A stretch of DNA of 64,000 nucleotides from Fimicolochytrium jonesii (lineage: Eukaryota), in contig NW_026515686.1 in the NCBI RefSeq assembly GCF_025526975.1, forward strand, positions 372,001-436,000, in the 5' to 3' direction. The notes beneath the pieces are model-generated. The model was not told the origin of the DNA. It ran no database searches and saw only the letters and a list, made by a program, of their open reading frames with translations. Shown in pieces: positions 1 to 11,389 of the stretch (position 1 is its first letter; every line of letters begins with the position of its first letter). The position numbers were made by a program, and so were the translations under genes.

Positions 1-542
1 ACGGTGTCCATTGTGTTTTTCACCGAGACCTGGAAACCAGACAGTTTTTACGACAAGATAAAGATGAATACAGACATGGAATTGCATACGCTGTGTTTGT
101 TGGATATAAAGGTGAAGGAGCAGAGTATTGAGAACATGGCTCGGTGAGTTGTTGGTTGATCGTTTGCGACCATCGTGATCTGCATGAGCTCACACCACCC
201 CCAAACAGCGGCCGCAATATCTACGAACCCCCACGCTACATGACCATCAACACCGCCGTCGAGCAGCTCCTCGAAGTCCACGAAACCCGCGCCGCCGCCT
301 CTCCAGAATCGAAACCGGCCTACACAAAGAACAGCATCGTCGTCGGGCTGGCCCGCGTTGGATGTGACGACCAGAAAATTGTGGCAGGGACGCTGGAGGA
401 GTTGCTCACGGTCGATTTTGGGGGGCCGTTGCATTCGCTGGTCATTGCGGGGAAGATGCACTTTTTGGAGGCGGAGGTTGTGAAGGCGTTTGCGGTGGAC
501 AAAGAGACTTTCGACAAGTATGCGGTTGTTTCGCAGCATTAG
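1..542 (+). CDS. DPH5: Diphthine methyl ester synthase, 3' part (5' end outside window)
   Basis: Frame from base 1 reads [20 protein letters not shown]...[24 protein letters not shown] intron 144-208; then [12 protein letters not shown]...[35 protein letters not shown] at 540-542. Confidence 0.95.
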
Positions 543-1152
543 ATCCAGAACGCCCTTTCACGGTTACCCGCCGCAGTCGGGTTTCAGTGAGATGCGTATT
601 GAAAGGAGCATGGACTGCGGGCTGCTGGGACCTCGAAGAGTACAATCTTGGGGGACATGCCCGCGCAAGGCAAGGCATGAAAGAGGCGGAGACTCATTGG
701 ATGCCTGGATATGAGGCCGCTGCGTTCGCCGCAAGTCACTTCAGACGCGGCCGAGTGGAGCCGACGGTGGGCCGGGGATGTGACCTTAACTCAACTTACC
801 TATGAAGCGGGCGGTGCTGTCCGGCGAAACGGAAGTAGTAGAAACAGTCGCCGGAACGGAAGAAGTAGAAACATCTCCATAGCTCTCACATGCAGCGATC
901 ATGGGGCCCTTGGTGCATATGATAGATTAGATAGACCCTCTGGAATCGTATTTATTCACTCCCAATGATTGAATGGGCAGGCTGGAAACTGGGCTGGAAA
1001 GGCCAGTCACGGGGCAACGCGCGCGGTTTAAATGGGAGGACCTTTTTCGAGGCCTTGACACATCCTTGCAATCCTTGCTCAAACTCCGAACGCAAGTGCA
1101 GTTCGAACCACACACAACATAACAGCTGGAATAGAAAGCATCGTCCACTCGA

Positions 1153-2592
1153 ATGTCAATAACAGCCCTCGAATTCTTCTCCGGCCTCGGCGGCCTCCAC
1201 TACGGCCTCGAGTTCGCGCACCCCTCCTCCAAAGTCGTCGCCGCATTCGACATCAACCTGCACGCCAACGCCTGCTACACGCACAATTTCTCCCTCAAAC
1301 CCAGCGACACCTCCATCGACCGCCTCACCGCGGCCCACCTCGACAAATTCAACGCAAACTGCTGGCTGCTCTCCCCGCCATGCCAGCCATACACCCAGGG
1401 CGGCAAATCGCTGGATGAGAGGGATACGCGCGCCGAGGGGCTGTTGAGGCTTGTAACGCTGTTGGGGGAAGTGAGGAGGAGGCCGGAGTTTGTGTTTTTG
1501 GAGAATGTGCCGAATTTTGAGGTGTGAATGGGTAAACGTCGCTGTTCAATGTTTTTCGGGGATGGGAGTGGGAGTGGGGACTCACGGGGGTGTTATGTGG
1601 TGTGTAGAAATCGACCAGCAGGGCGATGTTGGTGAATAAGCTGGATGAGCTCCGGTATGAGATCCATGAGTTTTTGGTCTCGCCGTTGCAGATTGGGATC
1701 CCGAATGATCGAAGGCGGTATTATTTGACTGTGAGTGTCCATCAATGGAGTGCGACCCCGATGACGGAGTGATCTGACCGCTTTCTTGCAGGCCCGGCTA
1801 CGCTCTTCCGACACACCTTCCGACCCCCCAACAATACCCTACATCGAGCGAGCAACAATCCACACAGAACCGCGCATCCCATCAAAAGCATTACCCACGC
1901 CCGACGTAGATGTCGACCCGCTGAGCGCGTACCTGGAAGACTTGACGGAGGATGAGGAGGCCGCGTACCTTATACCCGAACATTTTGTGACGAAGAGGCA
2001 TGGGTATCGGTTCGGTACGTTCTTGTGCGATGCCTTGCCTCTGTCGCGCGCGAGTGTAACACTCATGCGCATCTCACTGTGTAGATATCGTCCAACCGAC
2101 TTCACAACGCAGCGCTTGTTTCACCAAGGTATGTACGACCCGTCGGGATATTGTACTTTGCATGAATCATCCTCACCCCTTCTCGACTTGGATCAGGCCT
2201 ACGGCTCACACCACGTCATCGGCAGCGGATCTTTCCTACAGACCCGCGACTTCAACGTAAGTCCCTCCCACACACCACCCCACTCACGACCCTCCCCCGC
2301 TAACCCTCTCTTCACCCAACAGAAACAAATCGACCCAGCATCCCACCCCGCAGTCCTCTCTCTCCGCCCGCGCTTCTTCACACCCACGGAAGTTGCGAGG
2401 TTGCACGCTTTCCCTGTTGATTCGTCACCATCATCTTCCTCGCCATCGAATACTGATGATTCGGCAGGGATGGAGAGACACGGATTCAGTTTCCCAGCCT
2501 CGATAACCCTCGCGCAGAAATGGCGCTTGTTGGGGAATTCGTTGAATGTGAGGGTTGTGGGGGTTTTGATGCGGGATGTGCTGTTTCGGTGA
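1153..2592 (+). CDS. TRDMT1: tRNA (cytosine-38-C5) methyltransferase, DNMT2/Pmt1 family; multi-exon
   Basis: C5-MTase motifs FFSGLGG, AFDIN, SPPCQPY, ENVPNF; DNMT2-type CFT motif (SACFTK/AYG across an intron); C-terminal RFFTPTEVARLHAFP and LGNSLNV. Confidence 0.92.
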
Positions 2593-2859
2593 TTTGCGTC
2601 GAAACTTCCGAGACAAAATAGATATTAGTAGACTCCTGATTCTCGTTAATGAGTAGAGCTACCGTATGTAGAAGCACATTGCATCACGGGATTAGTAAAC
2701 ATCGGAGATTCAGAATGTAATTTATGATACATTTTTGTCCCGTCACCAACCCAGTCCATGCCGCACCATCACAAATGCACCCACTTGTCCAGTGACCCAT
2801 CAAAAATGAAAAGGCGGGTATCCACCAATTTCACAACCAATGTTCCTTCCACACACTCC

Positions 2860-5800
2860 TCACGAGGAAGGAGAGGTATAACCCCCCGGTCTAGGCGGCA
2901 ACACCGGCTTCCCCTGCCCCCCCTGCCCACCCTCCTCGCCCACAGCCCACGAATCCAACCTAACCGGCGGCCTCAAATCCTCCTCCCTCCCTCCCACCCT
3001 CTCCGTATGCACAACCGCCGACGGCACATGCACATAACTCTGCTGCACATAACTCGGCGCAATCGGCTGCGAATACCGCTGCTGTCCAGCCGTATTACCG
3101 TTCTTGTTATTGTTGTGCGAGGGCGGCTGTGATGGGAGGGATTCGTGGTTGACGAGGGTATGGTGGGGCGGGAGGGAGTGGGAGTGGTGGTGGCGGGTGG
3201 GTTGTTGCGCGTATGGTACTTGGTGTTTTTGTTGTTGTTGTTGTTGTTGTTGGCGAAGCGCAAGGGTGTAGTCCAGAGAGCCTTTGCGGGCGGGGGTGGT
3301 GATAAAGGTTTGGGGTTGGGCGAAGGGGTTGTGCGGGTGGTGGAGGTGTTGGGGGGATGTTGGTTGCTGTTGTTGCTGATCTTGTTGGTCGTAATATGAT
3401 TGTGGGGGTTCGCGGCCGTGTACAGGGGGTTGGGAGTAAGCTTGGTGCTGGTGATACCCATACTGTTGCTGCTGCCCACGCGGACTAGTAGGGTCTGCAA
3501 ATGGATCGACTTCGTCCATTAGGTTGAGCAGTACCCCTGCAGGATCCGTAGAGGTCGTGGACGTGCTAGAGGCGCTAGGTGGGGCGGCCAACTGTGTCGA
3601 CGCGCGGGCGCCTGCGACGGAGTGCAGCGCGGAGGATGTCGAGTCGGCGTGTGGTTGCTGCTGATCATGCGGGTAAGTGTTTGGTACCTGCTGTATTTGT
3701 GAGGACTGGTGGATGAGGTCCTGCAGCGACGCGGCGGCAGCGGTGCCAATGGGACTCGAGGAGCCCCAGCTGATGCGCATTGTTGCTTTCGTGTTGGTGG
3801 TTTGGGATCCGGCGTCGATGGAGTCGCGAGACGAGGAGGACGGGGAGGATTGGATGGCGTCGGGTATGTGGGTGGACACGTCGTCCCACTGTTGTTGCTG
3901 TTCGTGATGCGAGCTGCGCGCCGGGGCCTGCCTCGGCGCAGAGTGGGATGCAGGATTCCTGGGACCGGCATTTGACATGGATAGATACTGCAATGCAGGT
4001 ACTGAGGTAGCATCGTTTGCTGAAGACGATGTCCGCTGAGGAGACGTCCGCACCGTACCATTGCTGCTGATATCTCCGCTCATGCGAGAACCTTTGCCGA
4101 TTCCCAACGAAGATGCAACGGACTGCGGCCGTGCCCGTGCTGGTTTTGCAGGTGGCGGCAGCCCAGGAAGGTCCTTATTCGGCGAATTGGATTTTGATGA
4201 CGCGGCAGAGTCCATCGGCGTCATGCGTGGGGTGTTTGTTGAGGACGTGGCAGGAGAGAGATTGATGTCCTTCAAGATCCCGATCGTCGGATCATTGTGA
4301 TATCCATGTCCCGGCGCCGCGGCGTAGCTTCCAGACGCAGGCCCAAACAGTGTCTCCCTCTCCAGGATCAACGTTTTGAAGAGCGCGCTCCCCACGCTCA
4401 AAGTCGGACAGAAGATGACCTGCAAGTTCGCAAGCCCCATCTTGTTCTTCGCCTCGTTTTCTGTGACCCGGTTCAAATGCGAGAAAAGAATGTACAGCAG
4501 GGCTCGATGGTGATTTGGTATAGATGCAAGCTGTTTCTTCGTTTCCGCTACCAGCTGCGGAGGAATGTCCGACGCGACGGATGATAGTGGTGAGGTCCCT
4601 AAAGACGACCCTGTGGCTCCAGGTTTGACTTGATGCGCTGAGAATGTGGAAACGAGCGAGGCGGCGTCGTCCTGGAAGGCTTGGTACATGCGGGAGAGTG
4701 GGGTGACCGTGGAATCGGTCAGGATCGACTCTGGGACTACGAATGGATGAATTCAGTTGAAGTAATGCGCCGGAGAATATCTAAGAAGGACAGGCAGACT
4801 TACGCTCGCGGAGCCAAGCTTTGAAGAGGGACGCCACGGCATTCGGATCTATCTGCTCTTTTATGAGCTCGATGTCCGACTCAGTATTGAATCTGTGCCG
4901 TAGATTTGCAACTTCTGTGGTGGATCCGGAAACGCGATATCTATGAGAGTCAACAACGGGTTTTAGCGTTCGGCGGTGACTAGTGCGTCAAGGCTTGCAT
5001 CAATTTTCCAGAGGACATACATTCCAACCTCCTCGAGTCCTGGGAAACGGAGAGCATGAGCGACGCGGGTTTGTTGGCCAAGTAGAAAGTGGCCCGCATG
5101 AACATACCATGGATATCAAGATACTCGATACATCGGTAAAATACCGCCGGCACATTGCGAACAGCCTCTTCCGGGTACCATAAGGGACCATTTATAGCAT
5201 CCACCCGAGATTTCGCCAATGCATCGGTGAGAGACACTCCAAAGACCGGGGCACTCGCGACTCCATCTTGACTCGCGGACGCCGACCCACTCCCTGGCTT
5301 CCCGGATCGCTCTTTATACTCTGCAACAGCTACCTTCGCCTTTGCCGAAATCTCGGACCCCTTTTCAGCAGCTTTCGCTCTCCATTCGGCGGTGACTTTC
5401 GCTGCCTCGGAAGCTTTCGATTTGAACTTTTGTTTGAACGCAGATACTTTGCTGCCCGACAGCAAGTTGGATGCGCCGCCACTAACCCCAGCTGATCCTC
5501 CACCTCCGCTTGTCCCTGATCCGTCATATCGGTCATCAGCCGGTATAGAAGAGCCAGATGTGTGCGAGAACGACCTCGAATCCGGCTCGTCTCGGGTATC
5601 GTCACGGTGAAAAGTGGAGGTATACTGAGGATCGGCAAATGGCGACTCAGAGTAGGTGGCCGCTTGCAGGCTTCCATCTCGGGCGTACTTTGAAAGGCCG
5701 CTGGAGTTGCTCGTGCTCTTTGGAAACGGCCGTGCGAAAGCTGGCCGACTGGTTGTCTGAGGTGCTACCGTCGCCGCAGTGCGAGACTCTGTCCTTGGAG

Positions 5801-5876
5801 GGGCTGAAGGAGTGAGTTGAAACCGTCTTGCGCTCTCCTGCTGCTCTTGCTGCATGTTCTGATATCCCCGCGACAT
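2860..5876 (-). CDS. RhoGAP-domain protein with long S/P/Q-rich C-terminus; multi-exon
   Basis: PVFGVSL...VPAVFYRCIEYLD, an exon encoding YRVSGS, and HRALLYILFSHLNRVTENEAKNKMGLANLQVIFCPTL are RhoGAP hallmarks. Confidence 0.88.
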
Positions 5877-7078
5877 TTCGTTTTTCTGAAGATCGTTGGG
5901 GAATTTGGGACTGACTTGGTCGTGAAGAGACCGTCGCGTGCCGTCTACGATGACCGCTTGTCCAAGATGATGCCCCCACTGAGGCTGGAATATACAGTAC
6001 GACGAAACGGCAAGCCTTTTATCAATGCAGGAAGAAGTTGGGCTGGTCAGTGGCCGACTTCAGCCGTCGCGCAAAGCTGTGCTCATTGAAAATACCTCGC
6101 CCGTCAAGGTCGCCGCAAAGATGACTTTCTCAAGCAAATGGCCTTCGCAAGACCGACGACGACCAGACGATGACCAACCAGCAGCAGCAGCAGCGGCAGT
6201 GGGTCGTTTCGTTATATGAGTATCCGCTGGGACCACTTATTTATTACAAGCGTGGGAAAGCCCTTTTAGCGGAGTTGGTCAGTATGATCGAAGGTGAACA
6301 TGAGTTGAGTTCTTGATGAGGGCGCGAGGAGGTGACAACAACAGCACAACAACGCACAACAGCCCGCGCAGCTCACCCTGAGACCAGGCTAATATGCAGG
6401 ACATCCCCCCTTCTGGTCCCCAGGTTTCTCCACTCTCCCACAGAGTCCGCACATACGGATGTCGACAATACCACTGGTGAGGGTCGGACGGTTTCGCATA
6501 GTATCTCATTATTAGGCTGCCCAACCTACCCAGCGCCAGAAACAGCTTCGATACTCCGCGGGACACTCGGTTTCAAGAAAAGCCCTATGAAGTTTGAACA
6601 CCTGTCAAGTTGACATATGGATGGACTCCGCGGCTACTAGCCCAAGTTCCAAGTTGGAGAAGTTGGGGACTTTCTGCTTCTTCTGTGTCGGCAGGCCTGC
6701 AGGCCCTCTAAATTCGCCATCTAGATCTGACACCGCGAGTGACAACAGGACGAGTGAGCCAAGCGAACTGAGCAGAACGAACACGGCGAGAGAGGCGAGA
6801 GCCCAGCAGTCCTAGCGGTCCCGACGACCGGTCCGCCAACGGACGAGTACTCTGCCGGTTTTTCGTCCTTCGTCGTCGGAGCCAGGTTTCGAGACAGGCC
6901 CTGACAAAAGATCCTGCTGGTCCTGACCACCCCGACAGAGTCCGATCTAAGCGAGCTAATTACTGTGAGTGTTTTCAGCCCGTTGTCTACGCTGCCCGTC
7001 TCGGAGATCGAGGAAGTGAAGCACCCAGCGACTTACTCCGGAAACGTCCCTTTGTCAACCCATCTGATCACCACCACC

Positions 7079-7880
7079 ATGAGGTTCGTATGCATATCGG
7101 ACACGCACCGCAGACATGCTGAGCTCACACTACCAGATGGCGACGTTCTCATCCACCCCGGCGATTTCACCGACAGCGGCGAGGAGTTGGAAGTGATGTC
7201 CTTTACCGACTGGCTCACCAGCCTCACTCAGTTCCGTTAGAAGGTTGTGATTGCAGGCAACCACGAACGGACCTTTGACATCCCCTACTATTGCGAGCAG
7301 GATCGTCGGCGCCGGCTCGACGAGGGTCTGGATGTGTATGCGCGTCGCGTCAAAGCCATCTTGGACAATGAGAGACTGAGGAGCGAGCACGGTATCGTGT
7401 ACCTAGAGGACGCAAAGTTCTCTCTTCCGGACCCTGCTGGCGGTGAAATAACCGTTTGGGGCCACCCTTGGCAGCCAGCTTACGCTAATTTCGCATTCAA
7501 CCTTCCTCGGGATGGACCAGAATTGCGAGAAGTGGTGAGGAACATTCCGGCGGAGATTGATATCCTTGTCACCCATGGACCCCCGTTTGGGATGTTGGAC
7601 GTGGCATTCCGCGGGAAATCGTTCGGCTGCTCCTTCCTTGCGGAACGCTTACTTGCTCCGACATTGATGGAGCGCCTGCAAAACTGGTTCTTTGCTGATG
7701 CAGGCCGGGAGACGCTTCCCACATGTGACGCTCAGGTCCATGTCTTCGGTCACATTCACTCTGGCTACGGCACCAAGATGTTCCAACGGACATCGCTTTA
7801 TCAATGCAAGCCTTTGCGCAGAAAGAGGCAAGGCCTTGAATGCCCCAATCATCTTTGAACTCTCCAGTCAGCGAAAATGA
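7079..7880 (+). pseudogene. Calcineurin-like metallophosphoesterase (MPPED-type), disrupted
   Basis: Motifs CISDTH, HPGDFT, IAGNHE, LVTHGPP, VFGHIH; in-frame TAG at 7238-7240 (FR*KVVIAGNHE); +1 frameshift near 7783 before FINAS...NAPIIFEL. Confidence 0.8.
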
Positions 7881-8649
7881 ACCCTCCATCTCAATTCTAC
7901 CTGATTTCATGCCGGAGGAATGGTCTTCCAAGGGACGCCATCTTACGGGAGAGGAGTGTCTGCAGGTCTTACTTCTCGCGTAGGAAGTTTCGGTGCTCCA
8001 TCTGTTCCTCCATTGTCTGGCGTATGAGCACTTTGACCGGTAGCATCGCCTTCCTTCAACCTCCATCGCAGTAAGCGGTCCTCCGTGTTACGCGGCCCGC
8101 TGGTCGATACTGTGAGCTGAGGCTATGATTCAAGTGCCCTTTGCAACGCCTCGCGTACCCAAATCCGTGGATGAAATACGCGGTCGAAACGAAGAAGCTG
8201 CAGATGAGAGAGTTGAGAGGCAAGGACATCCGTTCTCCATGGATTATCTTCGGGAAACCATGGTGGTGAATGCGGCAGGAGTATGTGGCATGCCGGCATC
8301 GCTGCATCGAGGACACAACGGCAATAGGGGGATTCGACGTCGGGAGGAGGGAGACGGATCAACTCGTAGAGGAGCCCAAAAGCCGGTGATCACAAGCCGC
8401 GAAGTACGGCAAGGAAGGGCAAATGTGGTTATTGCGGCAAGGCGCATCATTGAATTAAGGCATGTCGCGCCAGCGTCAAGAAAGTCCGTTAAAACGCGCA
8501 AGTAGCCCGCGCAAACTCAATGTGGTGGGAAATCGACACCCGTACAATGGGTATAGCAGCCTCACAAAGTGAGGTTTCATGATGAGCGTCTCCTGCTGCG
8601 ACAAGGGACATCAAATGGGATCATACCAATTATCAAGACCGGGTGATGA

Positions 8650-9330
8650 ATGTCACAGTTGGAAGATCGACCCCAGGAGAACGGCCATTGCAGGGTTTGT
8701 GGGAATAGTGGACACTGGGCTGCAGACCGTTCTGCGAAATTCAACAAGCCGCATCCCACGAGGGACCAGAAAACCTCGGGGACAACAAGACCGGGCAATG
8801 GAGGAAGGTCGGTCCGGATGTGGGTGGGTCTTAGCAAATTGGTTTTTGCGGGAGGGCATGCCACCGGGCATCCGACCGCTCTGCGCGACCACGTCTCGCC
8901 CCATCGGCATCGGGAAGTAGCAACTCGAAGCCGATCTCAAAGCCGTTCACCATCCCCACCAGACACGTCAATTAGATAAGCGGTCCCTCTCAACCTTCTG
9001 GCAGCAGAACAGGGCAAGTGTCATTTCAGCGGCAGGGTCGACCACCTGACGAGAAACTGCTACGACAAGGCGATGACTGAAGACTCGATTTTCAACCGGG
9101 TCCCATTCGAGCAACCCTACCGCGTCCCGCACCCTCATCGTCATATCATACTAATCCCACCGCAACTCGACTACTCGTTCCCCGCCCCCGACCTTGCAAG
9201 AAACTTCACGGCCAACGATCGAAGCAGCCTCGGTTGGGCTCGAACATATGCGCATCGATTCTGATTAACGCTGGAGCCTCTTCTTCGCGTGCTTCAATGG
9301 AGGTTGTTGGCGACAGTGACCTACCATCTC
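8650..9330 (+). mobile_element. Degenerate LTR-retrotransposon gag/protease relic (Ty3/gypsy-like)
   Basis: Two decayed CCHC knuckles in one frame separated by a stop (CRVCGNSGHWAADR; CHFSGRVDHLTRNC), followed in another frame by ILINAGASSS, resembling the LxD(S/T)GA protease site. Confidence 0.65.
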
Positions 9331-9961
9331 GCCCGACCACCCACGCCCCCACCGGGTCCTGCGATGGGACCCGGACGATCCCGATAGCAGTGATCTTACT
9401 GAGCTTAGCTTTATCAGTGTATCGGAGACGTCTTGGCGAAGGTCACCCATAGACTCGCACAACCGCAGACATTAGGACCGTGGTTTCATACCATTCACGA
9501 AAACCGGTGAGGAATGCGGAAGGTTGCGATATTGCCAGCGACGGCAGCGACGACAGGGACGAAGAAGGGCTGTGGAAAGAATGGATACTGCGCTGCACAA
9601 AATACTTCTGCCCAAAATACTTCACGGGGAGCGTCCAGGCTCGCAGAGTTAGTTCGTAGAACATGGAACACGATTCCTGTACGGTAGCCTCAATTAGAGG
9701 TGCCGGTAGTGTATACTCAAAATCATAAGTTGGAATACGAGGACACTGGCAAACGCAACCTCCTTCTAACTGCACTAGGAATCGGGGTATCTAATACGGC
9801 GGCTAGTCCAACCCTATGCCAAGTCCAAAAATGTCTCAAGATTGAGCGGTCTATCCAAGAGTCTTCAGCCTCTAAGAGCTGATATCCCCGTCTCTCTCTC
9901 CCACCCGACCCCCACCCAGACCCCCACCCGCAACCCCCGGCTCGATTCCTCCCGCCCCAAC

Positions 9962-11389
9962 TCAATACATGGCAATATCGATAACCGAGATGCCCTTGGT
10001 CGACTGATACAGTATCGAAATGACCCCATCAGCCTGAATCCTTGCCCGATCCACTGTCGGGTCCGTCACCGACAGGAGCCCTTCGTTCGCGCCATTCCAC
10101 ATCATCTTCCAGTCCGTGTACCCGCTCGCAGCCGTCGCACGTACAACTCGCAACCCGCTCATAAGCACGTAGGCGTTGTTGCGGTCATCGACAACGACAG
10201 TACTCATCCCGACGCGGCCAATGAGGAAGGGGACGGGGATGCGTGTGTGGGATGTGCCCGTTGCTGCGCGGGCGATGAGGAACGGTTGGGCGTACGTTGC
10301 ACGGTGAGAGTAGTTTGCGCAGGCGACGTAGGAGGGGTCGACGTAGGAGCTGAGGCCCATGGGACGGCCGTTGTTGTCGACTTCCATGGATTCGCCGTTG
10401 CGGATAGCGCGGTCGGCCAACTGGGCGTCGGCGATGATGCCGGTGGTGCTGACTCTGATGAGGGTGGTGGAGCCGGTGATGCCGACGGTGGTGCCTGCGG
10501 CGGTTTTCCACGTGCGGCCCCAATCGTCCGAGTAGACATAGACGGTGTCGTGGTTGTTTATGCCACTGTACCCGGCGCAGGAGACGTAGGCGTTTTCGGC
10601 CCAGACGCCATATAGGTGGAGCCGGTTGTTTTTCATGAGAATGCCGTGAGGGAGAAGGGACCGTGCTGTGGATGTCTTGGTTGTGGTGGAGGAGAGTGGT
10701 GTGTATGTTGTCGGGGTCGTGTACGAGCCGTCCCAGCTCACAAACCTGCCGAGGGAAACCCATTTCATCGTCGTGTTGCTGTACTCGGCCAATTCTACCG
10801 AGCTGTTTCCATTGAATGCACCTGGCATGTAGTACAGCTGGACCGTATTGCCCGTGACAATGAACCGTGGGAAAAGTGGATTGGCTGGCAGCGCCGTGCC
10901 GTTCAGGGTGGTCATTGTGCTGGAGAAGCGGCCCCAGTGCCAGGATTTTTTCTTGCCACTGGCGAGCGCAAGGCCGGACTCGCTGGCGATGTAATTAATG
11001 ACAGTTCCGCCGCCGTTGAAGCTAAGGTGGATGCGTCCATCGATGGCCGATATGGCTATGTTGGGAGTGTGTTCGGTAGCGACCGACAATTCGGCATACG
11101 ATGTGGTTGTGAACGCTGTTTCACCGGCATTTGAGGCATCAATTTGTCCGTTCACGGCCGTTATTTGCCAGTCACCCGTTGGGTGCAGGAGACGACGGGC
11201 AACTCTCAGTGTTCCGTTAGCGCCCCACCATGTGGCATATTGCATATCCAGGAACGTCGTCAGAGCCGCCGCTTGGCTGGCTCGGAAGTTGATTGCTGTC
11301 GGATAGAAGTGGTGAGCATGATGAACGTCGGCAGACGATGGGTCGGTCGATGAACCGATGATGAACCATGAATGATGCGGAACGGCCAT
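9962..11389 (-). CDS. BNR_4-family beta-propeller protein (PL42-like fold), intronless
   Basis: QYATWW..LRVARR, IAISAIDGRIHLSF, PRF, and NHDTVYVYSDDWGRTW (BNR/Asp-box) in one open frame of about 475 aa. Confidence 0.8.
   Translation of the reverse strand: MAVPHHSWFIIGSSTDPSSADVHHAHHFYPTAINFRASQAAALTTFLDMQYATWWGANGTLRVARRLLHPTGDWQITAVNGQIDASNAGETAFTTTSYAELSVATEHTPNIAISAIDGRIHLSFNGGGTVINYIASESGLALASGKKKSWHWGRFSSTMTTLNGTALPANPLFPRFIVTGNTVQLYYMPGAFNGNSSVELAEYSNTTMKWVSLGRFVSWDGSYTTPTTYTPLSSTTTKTSTARSLLPHGILMKNNRLHLYGVWAENAYVSCAGYSGINNHDTVYVYSDDWGRTWKTAAGTTVGITGSTTLIRVSTTGIIADAQLADRAIRNGESMEVDNNGRPMGLSSYVDPSYVACANYSHRATYAQPFLIARAATGTSHTRIPVPFLIGRVGMSTVVVDDRNNAYVLMSGLRVVRATAASGYTDWKMMWNGANEGLLSVTDPTVDRARIQADGVISILYQSTKGISVIDIAMY

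Noticed and set aside
821..873. Direct repeat AACGGAAGWAGTAGAAACA twice with CCGGCGA/TCGCCGG inverted repeat upstream of DNMT2
   Set aside because: Too short to assign; could be a promoter motif or a chance duplication
6560..6960. Possible BTB-like fragment (VFKLHRAFL) on the minus strand
   Set aside because: Single short motif among stop codons; insufficient support
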